Positions 1 to 8,337 are shown, counted from the first letter of the stretch. The stretch is 32,000 nt of DNA from Microcystis aeruginosa NIES-2549 (GCF_000981785.2 NZ_CP011304.1:270001-302000), one strand, 5' to 3'. Numbers and translations: made by a program. The notes: a model not told the origin generated them from the letters alone.

Positions 1-19
1 CCTTGAAGTTAGTTAATTT

Positions 20-47
20 AGCTCGTGTTCAACACGAGCTTTTTTTT
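20..47 (+). terminator. Rho-independent terminator for a plus-strand gene ending left of the window
   Basis: Perfect inverted repeat agctcgtg(tt)/(aa)cacgagct at 20-40, followed directly by a T7 run at 41-47. Confidence 0.7.
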
Positions 48-64
48 AGTTTAGTATCCCAAAG

Positions 65-617
65 CTAACCCATCGGACCGAGGTTCGCAATTTGCCGGAT
101 AATTTGACCCTTGCCAAAATGGGAGGAATCTGCGATCGCTACCTGATGGACTCTGGGGGTTAATCCGGGGAGTAATTCGGGGGCTGCACCCCTTTCTAAA
201 AGTACGCTGTTTCCCCGTAAAAATCGCCATCTAGGGGCATCAAGGGCGGTTTGAGGATTGAAATGATGGTCAACCATGTTTACCGCCATTTATCGGGGGC
301 TTTGGGGTTGCATCGGCGCACCCATCAAAATTACCATCATCCCAACGGAGAAAACTGGGGATAATCAGATGAAAAGGGCGTTTAGCGGGGTTAATGGGGT
401 TAGGATGACCGAATTCGAGGCTAAAACCACTAGCACGGTTAGGCAGGGCGATTCCCGTCTGGGGGACTAAAATAGCAATGGCAAAACCATCAAAATTGGA
501 TTGAAACTTTACAATACCAGAAAATCTCGATCGCCCGTGGCCAGATAGACGGTTCCCTTCTGGGGTTTTTGATAGAATTAATGGTGCGAACAAGTGTATT
601 AGTCTAGAATTTCTCAC
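65..617 (-). pseudogene. ggt: Gamma-glutamyltranspeptidase remnant covering only the C-terminal ~190 codons, with a frameshift and a nonsense codon
   Basis: ORFs 270-617 and 65-289 lie in different frames. Both carry GGT small-subunit motifs (TGIALPNRASGFSL, KRPFHLIIPSF, MAVNMVDHHFNPQTALDAPRW, FGKGQII). A third frame near 290-320 reads ILMGAPMQPQSPR-stop-MAVNMV, which needs a frameshift plus a TAA where an intact GGT reads through. The whole N-terminal large subunit is absent, and hsdM ends 25 bp away. Confidence 0.75.
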
Positions 618-641
618 CTTCCCCGATGGAAGTTGGAAGCA

Positions 642-2129
642 TTAAGTCTCGGTGACTTCTAAACTGTCCACAATTGTCCGAAAGCTTTCTAATCCAGCTT
701 CGAGGTTTTCCATAATCTCCAAAGCCAGCACATCGGGGTCAGGCAGGTTGTCAAGGTCGGTTAAACTTTTATCTTTGAGCCAAAATATATCGAGGCTGGT
801 TTTATCCCTGGCGATAATCTCATTATATGTGAATTTTCGCCAACGTCCTTCGGGATTCTGTTCTGAATAGGTTTCGCTGCGTTGATGACGATTTTGGGGA
901 TGATAGCAGGTGATGAAGTCCTGTAAATCGGCGGGTTTTAAGGGGTTTTTCTTGAGGGTAAAGTGAATATTGGTGCGAAAGTCATAAAACCAGATGGCTT
1001 TTGTCCAAGGGTCTTTAGCGGCGGGTTTATTATCAAAAAAGATGACGTTGGCTTTCACTCCCTGTTTATAAAATACGCCGGTGGGTAATCTGAGGATAGT
1101 ATGCAGGTCGGTGGTTGATAATAGTTGTTTGCGGACGGTTTCCCCGGCGCCACCCTCGAAAAGGACGTTATCGGGGACAACGACGGCAGCTTGTCCTCTG
1201 CTTTTGAGCATGGAACGAATATGCTGGACGAAGTTGAGTTGTTTATTAGAAGTGGTTGCCCAAAAATCCTGACGATTATAGGTTAAGTCTTCTCGGTCCT
1301 GTTCCCCGTCTTCATTGGTAAAAGTTAGGCTGCTTTTTTTGCCGAAAGGGGGATTAGCAAGGACATAATCGACGCTAAGGGGAGAAGGAGCAATCAGAGC
1401 ATCGGTGGAGGCGATAAAGCATTGCTCATCGTTAATATCGCCGATATTATGCAGAAACATATTCATCAATGCCAGGCGTCTTGTATTGGCGACGATTTCA
1501 TTACCGTGAAAGGTGCTTTTTTTGAGAAATTCTTTCTGTTCTCGGTCTAAGGGATAATTTTTGACCAAAAAGTTATAGGCTGCCAGAAAAAAGCCGCCGG
1601 TTCCACAGGCAGGGTCAGCAATAGTTGCCATGGGTTGGGGACGCAAGCATTCTACCATGGCCCAAATCAAGGGCCGGGGGGTGAAGTATTGGCCGGCGCC
1701 GCTTTTGGTGTCTTCGGCGTTTTTTTCTAGAAGTCCTTCGTATATGTCGCCTTTGACATCCGTTTCCATCATCACCCAGTTTTCTTCATCTATCATGGTG
1801 ATGATTTTGAGCAGTTTGGCAGGGTCTTGGATTTTGTTTTGAGCTTTGGTGAAGATTTGCCCTAATAAGCCTTTTTTTTGCGCCAATTCGCGTAATATGC
1901 CGAGGTAATGAGCTTCGAGGTCGGCCCCTCGTTTGCTGCGCAGACTTTGCCAGTCGTATTCAAAGGGGATGCCGATTTTGCGATTATAGGGCGGTTTGGC
2001 GTATTCATCAGCCATTTTCAGGAATAGGAGGTAGGTGAGTTGTTCAAGGTAGTCCCCATAACTGACCCCATCATCCCGCAGGGTGTTACAAAAACTCCAA
2101 ACTTTTGACACAATTGAGGCGGTATTCAT
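642..2129 (-). CDS. hsdM: Type I restriction-modification system, DNA methyltransferase subunit M (N6-adenine)
   Basis: 495-aa ORF with an HsdM N-terminal region (NTLRDDGVSYGDYLEQLTYLLFLK), the AdoMet motif ADPACGTGGFF and the catalytic motif LANPPFG. Confidence 0.95.
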   Translation of the reverse strand: MNTASIVSKVWSFCNTLRDDGVSYGDYLEQLTYLLFLKMADEYAKPPYNRKIGIPFEYDWQSLRSKRGADLEAHYLGILRELAQKKGLLGQIFTKAQNKIQDPAKLLKIITMIDEENWVMMETDVKGDIYEGLLEKNAEDTKSGAGQYFTPRPLIWAMVECLRPQPMATIADPACGTGGFFLAAYNFLVKNYPLDREQKEFLKKSTFHGNEIVANTRRLALMNMFLHNIGDINDEQCFIASTDALIAPSPLSVDYVLANPPFGKKSSLTFTNEDGEQDREDLTYNRQDFWATTSNKQLNFVQHIRSMLKSRGQAAVVVPDNVLFEGGAGETVRKQLLSTTDLHTILRLPTGVFYKQGVKANVIFFDNKPAAKDPWTKAIWFYDFRTNIHFTLKKNPLKPADLQDFITCYHPQNRHQRSETYSEQNPEGRWRKFTYNEIIARDKTSLDIFWLKDKSLTDLDNLPDPDVLALEIMENLEAGLESFRTIVDSLEVTET

Positions 2130-2145
2130 AACTATAATTTGTTTA

Positions 2146-2503
2146 ATTTTTTGATGGATTATGATTAGATTCGGCTGCTAGTATCAGAATTTTTGATGAT
2201 TCTATCATTTTATTCATTCTCTGTACTGTGATTTATGTGATTTTTTGATTGGCTATGATTAGACTTTACTACGGGTCACATAATTTTTCTAACCACCCGT
2301 ACTGTGATTTGTGTGATTTTTTGATTGGCTATGATTAGACTTTACTACGGGTCACATAATTTTTCTAACCACCCGTACTGTGATTTATGTGATTTTTTGA
2401 TTGGCTATGATTAGATTTTACTACAAGTATCAGATTTTTTGACCACTTTATCACCCCATCAATCCCTCAATCATAGTCCTCATTTAATCATTCCTAATCA
2501 TAG
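2146..2503. repeat. Tandem modular repeat array filling the hsdM / GxxExxY spacer
   Basis: The 50-bp core gtactgtgatttatgtgattttttgattggctatgattagaNtttactac starts at 2223, 2299 and 2375 (76-bp period). There is a diverged partial copy at 2146-2207 and a terminal 49-bp block at 2455-2503. Confidence 0.95.
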
Positions 2504-2896
2504 TTTTGGTTTTGGTTTCATGACTCGTTTAAATTCTAAGCTTCTTGAGCCAAAGTTAATTAGTAAACCGATGGGAAGTCTATAAATTTCTATATAATTA
2601 ATGGCTTGTGCGAGGTGAACATCTTCAAGTTTAATGACGGCTTTGATTTCTACCATTATCCTTCCTTCTACAAAAAAATCAACTCGTCTTGTGCCGATAT
2701 GTGTTCCTTTATAAATGATATTCATTTCGTGTTCTTGACTAAAGGAAAGTCCTTGATATGTCATTTCTATGGCTAAGGCGCGTTGATAGATTTTTTCCTG
2801 AAAGCCGTTTCCTAGTATGCGGTGTACTTCCATGGCACAACCAATTATTTTACCCGTTAATTCGCTGTCTGGATATTGAGAAGAAACGTAACTCAT
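2498..2896 (-). CDS. GxxExxY family protein (PD-(D/E)XK nuclease-fold, PDDEXK_3-like)
   Basis: 132-aa ORF with the family signature GNGFQEKIYQRAL (G-x-x-E-x-x-Y). It also has a D...E-x-K-like core (RVDFFVEGRIMVEIKA) and the tail GLLINFG. Confidence 0.85.
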   Translation of the reverse strand: MSYVSSQYPDSELTGKIIGCAMEVHRILGNGFQEKIYQRALAIEMTYQGLSFSQEHEMNIIYKGTHIGTRRVDFFVEGRIMVEIKAVIKLEDVHLAQAINYIEIYRLPIGLLINFGSRSLEFKRVMKPKPKL

Positions 2897-2912
2897 GCTA
2901 TTGACTTGATAC

Positions 2913-3294
2913 GATTTTTTGATTGGCTATGATTAGATTTTACTACAAGTATCAGATTTTTTGACCACTTTATCACCCCATCAATCCGTACTGTGATTTA
3001 TGTGATTTTTTGATTGGCTATGATTAGATTTTACTACGAATATCAAAAGTTTTTGAATTGAGCATCCCATCAATCCGTACTGTGATTTATGTGATTTTTT
3101 GATTGGCTATGATTAGATTTTACTACAAGTATCAGATTTTTTGACCACTTTATCACCCCATCAATCCGTACTGTGATTTATGTGATTTTTTGATTGGCTA
3201 TGATTAGATTTTACTACGAATATCAAAAGTTTTTGAATTGAGCATCCCATCAATCCCTCAATCATAGTCCTCATTTAATCATTCCTAATCATAG
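2913..3294. repeat. Tandem modular repeat array filling the GxxExxY / hsdS spacer
   Basis: Same 50-bp core at 2988, 3077 and 3168, plus a partial core at 2913. The cores alternate with two tail types (41 bp and 39 bp), giving a 180-bp super-period. 2913-3076 is identical to 3093-3256. The terminal 49-bp block is at 3246-3294. Confidence 0.95.
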
Positions 3295-4800
3295 TACGAG
3301 TTTCCCCTCAAAGGCCCGTTTTAAGATGCTTTGGCGCAATGCTTCTGCTTTGTCTAAGTTCTCGGTGAGTGTGGCTTCTAATTGGTCACATACTGATAAT
3401 CTTGATTCGATTTCTTGCACGATTTGCGTTTGTTCTTGCATAGGAGCAATAGCAACAGTAATCAAGGAAAATTTATTCGCACTTAAATGGTTAATCCCTA
3501 CACCAGATGCTACTTGGGAAAAAACACCATTACGATAATAGCTTAGAAAGAGATTAAGAAGATATTCACTTGATATACAAATAGGTCTGAGACGAATCAC
3601 AGTGTTCTGAAAACAACAATTTTTAATTTGATTTTTCCACATTGCAGGTTTACCAACTTGTTCGGAACTTCCAGAAGCTTCAGACAAAATAATATCGCCA
3701 TATTTTAATCTATATCTTTCCTGTTCTGATGGGGTAAATTCCATGTCCATAATATCATCTAGATTAAGACCTTTCTCTGTAATATTTGCAGCACGAATAT
3801 ACTTAGTTGGAAAGTCTTTTGAACGATTTTTAGGTGAACGTTGTCTTCCTAATTGTACCTCTCCAAGTTCTTCAACTTTCACCCACATCCAACCATTAGG
3901 TAAACTGGGTAAATTGCTTAATTCTTCTTTGGTGAGGGGAGGTAAATCTTTTGGCTGTTGGGGTTTGGTGGGTTTTTTGGTTTCCTTGCCGTTATTTTCC
4001 CATTCTTTAAGTGCTTGTTTCCAGTCCTCTAATTGTTGCTGATAATGGCGTTTTCTTTCAGCTTTAATCTGTTCTAATAGGGTATCGGCATCCTCTAGAC
4101 TGTCTTGATGTGTGTTGCGCCATTTTTCGGTTAATTTGCCCTCAAATGCCCATTTTAACACTGCTTGACGGTAGGTTTTTAGTTGTTCTAGCGCTTTTTT
4201 AAGGTATGCAACCCCGTTATCTAATTCTGAGAATAATTCTTCAATTTTCTCGACAATTCGATGTTGTTCAGGTAGGGGAGCAATTGGAAATTGAATTTTA
4301 GCAAAGTTTTTCCTTGAAATTCTTTTTCTGGTAGAACCACTTTTATATTTATCGACCTCTAATCTAGTTTGAGGAGAATTTATCAAATATAGCAAGTATT
4401 GTGAATTAATTAAGTTGCTATTATTCCTAATAATACAAACATCTACAACTGTAACAAATTTTTTGATTCCACTTAAAGGGAAAATACAAGCACGTCCCAA
4501 AGGATCAGGAAGTCTTGCTACTAAAATATCTCCTTTTTGTAGATAAGTACAATTCAATTCAATAGATTTTTTAAAAGTTAAAAACCTATCTGATTGATCC
4601 TTAAAAAATCCATCTCCAATGTCAGCAAGCTGAATTAACCTTACTTCACCATTAGGATCCTGATCTTTTGACTCTACCCAATCACCATCACAGAATATAC
4701 CATCATGACCGATCAATTCTTCAATAGCTGATTTAGTCCACCCCGGGGGTAAATCTGAATAATTTGAGTTGGCTAATTCCATCACATCTTGTAAGGTCAT
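3289..4800 (-). CDS. hsdS: Type I restriction-modification system, specificity subunit S
   Basis: 503-aa ORF with two target-recognition domains. These are separated by conserved helical repeats (PLPEQHRIVEKIEELFSELD...LKWAFEGKL and PMQEQTQIVQEIESRLSVCD...LKRAFEGKL). Confidence 0.95.
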   Translation of the reverse strand: MTLQDVMELANSNYSDLPPGWTKSAIEELIGHDGIFCDGDWVESKDQDPNGEVRLIQLADIGDGFFKDQSDRFLTFKKSIELNCTYLQKGDILVARLPDPLGRACIFPLSGIKKFVTVVDVCIIRNNSNLINSQYLLYLINSPQTRLEVDKYKSGSTRKRISRKNFAKIQFPIAPLPEQHRIVEKIEELFSELDNGVAYLKKALEQLKTYRQAVLKWAFEGKLTEKWRNTHQDSLEDADTLLEQIKAERKRHYQQQLEDWKQALKEWENNGKETKKPTKPQQPKDLPPLTKEELSNLPSLPNGWMWVKVEELGEVQLGRQRSPKNRSKDFPTKYIRAANITEKGLNLDDIMDMEFTPSEQERYRLKYGDIILSEASGSSEQVGKPAMWKNQIKNCCFQNTVIRLRPICISSEYLLNLFLSYYRNGVFSQVASGVGINHLSANKFSLITVAIAPMQEQTQIVQEIESRLSVCDQLEATLTENLDKAEALRQSILKRAFEGKLVL

Positions 4801-4809
4801 ATTTACTCC

Positions 4810-4980
4810 TTAATTTGTAGGAAATAATTCCTCAATAACTGACAAATATTCAGTAATTGCGTCTTGAATGTTGCTTAACCCTTCTTTCTCTGTCTCTCCC
4901 TGGGACCAACAACCGGGCAACCCCCGACAACAGACGCTGCAGCTTTCTTCGGATTGATAGAGAATGATTTTATGTTTCAT
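4810..4980 (-). CDS. HicB/UPF0150-fold small protein (56 aa), absent from the ORF track
   Basis: My translation is MKHKIILYQSEESCSVCCRGLPGCWSQGETEKEGLSNIQDAITEYLSVIEELFPTN. The LPGCxSQGET...AI..YL pattern is the HicB/UPF0150 signature. Its TAA stop (4810-4812) overlaps the AAGGAG Shine-Dalgarno of hsdS (4806-4811). Confidence 0.65.
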   Translation of the reverse strand: MKHKIILYQSEESCSVCCRGLPGCWSQGETEKEGLSNIQDAITEYLSVIEELFPTN

Positions 4981-5008
4981 GATTTAGGAGTCCTTTTGAT
5001 TTCGTATT

Positions 5009-7765
5009 TTATGCCACTAAAGCGGTGTTTAATTCCTCGATAATAGCCTCCATCTCATCGCCAAAAAGCTGATGGAGTTTACCGATTCCCCCCATACTAT
5101 CAAAAGGGGTATAGTCCAAATCCTCTCGCTCTAAGGCAAAAGAACTGATAATATGTTCCTTGATTGCCCGTAGCCATTGCATCTGTTCTTGATTGAATTT
5201 TACTGATGCGCCCGCCTGTTTTTGAAAAACCCAAGTTTGAAAAGCTTTATCGATGCGTTTTTCATGGGGGGTTAAAACCTCATCTAAGCCAATAACACGC
5301 CGGATTAGGGCAATTAATGCCGTTAACTCACTGGTGGGATTGCTTGGCACCGCTTCTATCTGTTGATAGGCTGCCCATACTCTCACTGGCGCTAGGTTGG
5401 GGCGGTCTTTTTTGAGAATATCTAAGACCTCCTTGACCATTTTATAGGTGACGGGACGCTGTTGATAGGGCAGGTTATAGAGGATACGCAGGGCGGTGAT
5501 TTCGTCCTTATTTGCCTCAATAAAGGCTTTAAAGTCATTTATTAGGGCTTGATTGTCTATCCGTTGCGCTTCACTCCATCCTGAGAATGTCACCCTATCC
5601 AGATTCTGAGTATCTATGTACTGTTCGTGTACTTTCCGCACATTCTCAAGGTAATGACTCAATTCCCCAGTCAAATAGCCGGCAGCTGCACGAGTAAGGG
5701 CTTTTTCCGCCGCTTTTAACTGTTCTGGGGTCGGATTTGTGGTTTGATAGGTTTCTTTAGCCCTATCCTCAATATTATCGGGGTCTGTGGCATTAAGCAG
5801 GGCTTTGGCCATATCTCCCAAAGTTGCCCCTCCGGTGATTTCTTTTATCTTTTCAGCTTCTTTTGGCGTGATTTGTCGTTCTAATCGCGCAAAACGACAG
5901 GCTAGGGAGATATAGGCATCGCTATCGTCTGTTCCCATCATAATGCCCATCATCAGGTCTTTTAAGGGGACACTGGATTTTCTTTCCAGGGGCCGGCTAT
6001 CGGTTTTGGCTGATTGTTCCACACCGACAGCATCGATGATAATAAAGTGAGTTTTGGCAGAAAGGGCGGATTGAGAGACTTTTTTGAGACCATCATGGTC
6101 AAGGGTGCGTGTACCTCGTCCTTTCATCTGTTCGTAGTAGTTTCGAGATTTGACATCCCGCATAAAAATTAAACACTCAAGGGGTTGAATATCGGTTCCC
6201 GTGGCAATCATATCGACTGTAACGGTGATACGGGGATTAAAATAATTTCTGAACTGAGAAAGCACAGATTTCGGGTCTTCTGGCGATTTATAGGTAACTT
6301 TTTTGCAAAAATCGTTCCCTTCGCTAAATTCTTCCCGGACTATCTGAATAATATCGTCAGCATGGCTGTCATCCTTGGCAAAAATCAGGGTTTTCGGGAC
6401 TTCTTGGCGATGGGGAAATAATTCTGGCAGTTTATCGCGAAAGGTGCGGATAATTTGGCGTATTTGGCTGGGATTGACCACATCTCGGTCAAGTTGCTTG
6501 CCGGTATAGACAATATCCTCATCCGGTTGTACCCAGCGTTTTTCACGGGTTAATTTTTCCCTTTTTTCGATGTATTCCCTGAGAATACGCCCGCCATTCT
6601 TGGTTATCTCCGTTTCAATAATATAGACTTGATAAACCACGTTTACGCCGTCCATTACCGCTTGTGTGTAGCTGTATTCACTAACCACATTTTCATGGAA
6701 AAAGGCAAATGTCCGCACGTCGGGAGTGGCGGTTAAACCAATCAGAAAAGCGTCGAAATATAATAAAACCTGTTGCCAAACGTTGTAAATCGAGCGATGA
6801 CACTCATCGATGACGATAAAATCGAAGAATTCAAGAGGAACTTTCGGATTATAGACCACGGGGACGGGTTGTTTCCCTTGTACTAATTCATTCGGGTTGG
6901 TTTGTTCGGCAGCCTCATCGAGACTTTCGCCTTTAAGGATAGAATACAGTCTTTGAATGGTTGAGATGCAGACCTGAGCATCTTTGGCCAGATAACTGGA
7001 GGATAATCGCTGAACGTTGTAAAGTTCGGTAAATTTTCGGTTATCATCATTGGGAACAAAATTCCTAAACCCCCCTTCAGCTTGTTCTCCTAAGTTTTTG
7101 GTATCGACTAGAAATAACACCCGTTTGGCATCGGCAAACTTTAGGAGACGATAAATAGCGGTAATAGCGGTGAAGGTTTTGCCGCTTCCCGTGGCCATCT
7201 GCAGCAAGGCCCGGGGAAAATTTCGCTTAAAGGAGGCTTCTAAGTTGGTAATAGCTTTAATTTGACATTCTCTTAGTCCATTCGGGTCAAGGGGGGGAAT
7301 ATCTTGCAGTTTATCCCGCAAGCTTTTGGGTTTATCTTGCCATTCTTGCAGGGTTTCGGGTTGGTGAAAGGAAAAAACAAGACGGGAACGAGGTTTCGGG
7401 TCGCGGCGATTGGTAAAGCGCGTCAGCTTGCCTGTGCTTTCGTAAATAAAGTTAAGGGGCCGGTTATTGATATATTTCAGCCTACTATTAGCGTATTTGT
7501 TTGATTGTTCCTCCGCTACCGTTAAACAGAAGCCTTTTTCCTCTCGTTTGGCCTCAATAATACCGACGGGTTCTCTATCCACAAACAGGACATAATCAGC
7601 GAATCCGCCATCGGTTGGATATTCCCTGATAGCCACCCCTAAACTGGTATTGAAGTGGATTTCTTTTTTATCTTGGACAGACCATCCCGCTTGACGCAAT
7701 TGTTCGTCAATCAGTTCACGCGATTGGTTTTCTGGGGTTTGATTGCTGGAAGGCATGGTTAGCAA
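5009..7765 (-). CDS. hsdR: Type I restriction enzyme, endonuclease/translocase subunit R (EcoAI/EcoEI-like architecture)
   Basis: 918-aa ORF with an N-terminal PD-(D/E)XK region (ADYVLFVDREPVGIIEAKR). Helicase motifs are ATGSGKT, DECHRS, GLTATP and QMKGRGTR. The long C-terminal helical domain resembles the EcoEI R C-terminal domain as I recall it. Confidence 0.95.
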   Translation of the reverse strand: MLTMPSSNQTPENQSRELIDEQLRQAGWSVQDKKEIHFNTSLGVAIREYPTDGGFADYVLFVDREPVGIIEAKREEKGFCLTVAEEQSNKYANSRLKYINNRPLNFIYESTGKLTRFTNRRDPKPRSRLVFSFHQPETLQEWQDKPKSLRDKLQDIPPLDPNGLRECQIKAITNLEASFKRNFPRALLQMATGSGKTFTAITAIYRLLKFADAKRVLFLVDTKNLGEQAEGGFRNFVPNDDNRKFTELYNVQRLSSSYLAKDAQVCISTIQRLYSILKGESLDEAAEQTNPNELVQGKQPVPVVYNPKVPLEFFDFIVIDECHRSIYNVWQQVLLYFDAFLIGLTATPDVRTFAFFHENVVSEYSYTQAVMDGVNVVYQVYIIETEITKNGGRILREYIEKREKLTREKRWVQPDEDIVYTGKQLDRDVVNPSQIRQIIRTFRDKLPELFPHRQEVPKTLIFAKDDSHADDIIQIVREEFSEGNDFCKKVTYKSPEDPKSVLSQFRNYFNPRITVTVDMIATGTDIQPLECLIFMRDVKSRNYYEQMKGRGTRTLDHDGLKKVSQSALSAKTHFIIIDAVGVEQSAKTDSRPLERKSSVPLKDLMMGIMMGTDDSDAYISLACRFARLERQITPKEAEKIKEITGGATLGDMAKALLNATDPDNIEDRAKETYQTTNPTPEQLKAAEKALTRAAAGYLTGELSHYLENVRKVHEQYIDTQNLDRVTFSGWSEAQRIDNQALINDFKAFIEANKDEITALRILYNLPYQQRPVTYKMVKEVLDILKKDRPNLAPVRVWAAYQQIEAVPSNPTSELTALIALIRRVIGLDEVLTPHEKRIDKAFQTWVFQKQAGASVKFNQEQMQWLRAIKEHIISSFALEREDLDYTPFDSMGGIGKLHQLFGDEMEAIIEELNTALVA

Positions 7766-8337
7766 ATTTGGCGCGATAAGCTGACTAATTTAACAGCAAA
7801 TGTCAATATTTATCTTTATCTAAGCAGATTTTAGAAAGTTTTTTTCTATCTTAATATTAATTATCAGTGGTCGGAGATAAGGTCTTAAGAAATGTCAATT
7901 ATCGCTATTCTTACTGACCCTCAATAAATTAAAATCAGATCATAAATGCGATCGCTTGCTCAATTCTCGATGATTAATCTAGAGGCTAAAATCAGCAACT
8001 GAGACAATTAACCTTTTTCCAGCTACCGAGTTTAGGTGGTAAGCTGTTGACTATAGCATTTCTGATTCACACGAGGTACATTCTCGATCCTGAACAGCTT
8101 AATCAGCAAAGGTTTAACTGTGCCGCACAGATGCGAGAAACGCTATATCTAAATTACTCGTTAAGACTGTCTATGAGCAGGGAGCAGGGAGAGGCAGTTT
8201 GAGCATTTGTACTAAATTTTCAATACGCAGTTTAAATTCAGTGCAGCTTAGTCCGCTAAACGGTAGTGAACTTGACAATGTTGTTGATATTGTTACCGAA
8301 CAGGGACTAAAAGATAGAATCAGAGAGCGCATACTTA

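Noticed and set aside
2223-2240. GTA-N8-TAT within each repeat core as a possible NtcA site.
   Set aside because: It is imperfect relative to GTA-N8-TAC and has no properly spaced -10 element. It is more likely a coincidence of the TGATT-rich core.
2223-3256. The tandem repeats could be a CRISPR array.
   Set aside because: The sequences between cores are themselves repeated (tails X, Y and Z) rather than unique spacers. The units are 76-91 bp with no palindromic repeat of CRISPR type. No cas genes or leader are present.
652-7504. Plus-strand ORFs inside hsdM, hsdS and hsdR (652-870, 1081-1272, 1630-1842, 3326-3538, 3743-4042, 6185-6421, 7304-7504).
   Set aside because: All lie antisense within long, motif-rich genes. 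Their sequences are low-complexity or unrecognisable, as expected of shadow ORFs.
7798-7899. The 10-mer aaatgtcaat is repeated 92 bp apart (7798-7807 and 7890-7899). Each copy reads TTGACA on the hsdR strand, so they might be promoter or operator sites.
   Set aside because: No acceptable -10 hexamer lies 16-19 nt downstream of either TTGACA. A 10-mer repeat in AT-rich DNA is weak evidence.
140-7947. No exact HIP1 (GCGATCGC) site across the R-M island, taken as evidence of foreign origin.
   Set aside because: By my manual scan, 22622-32000 also lacks exact HIP1 sites although it holds core genes. The depletion is therefore not discriminating at this scale. The island does look AT-richer by eye, but I cannot compute this here.
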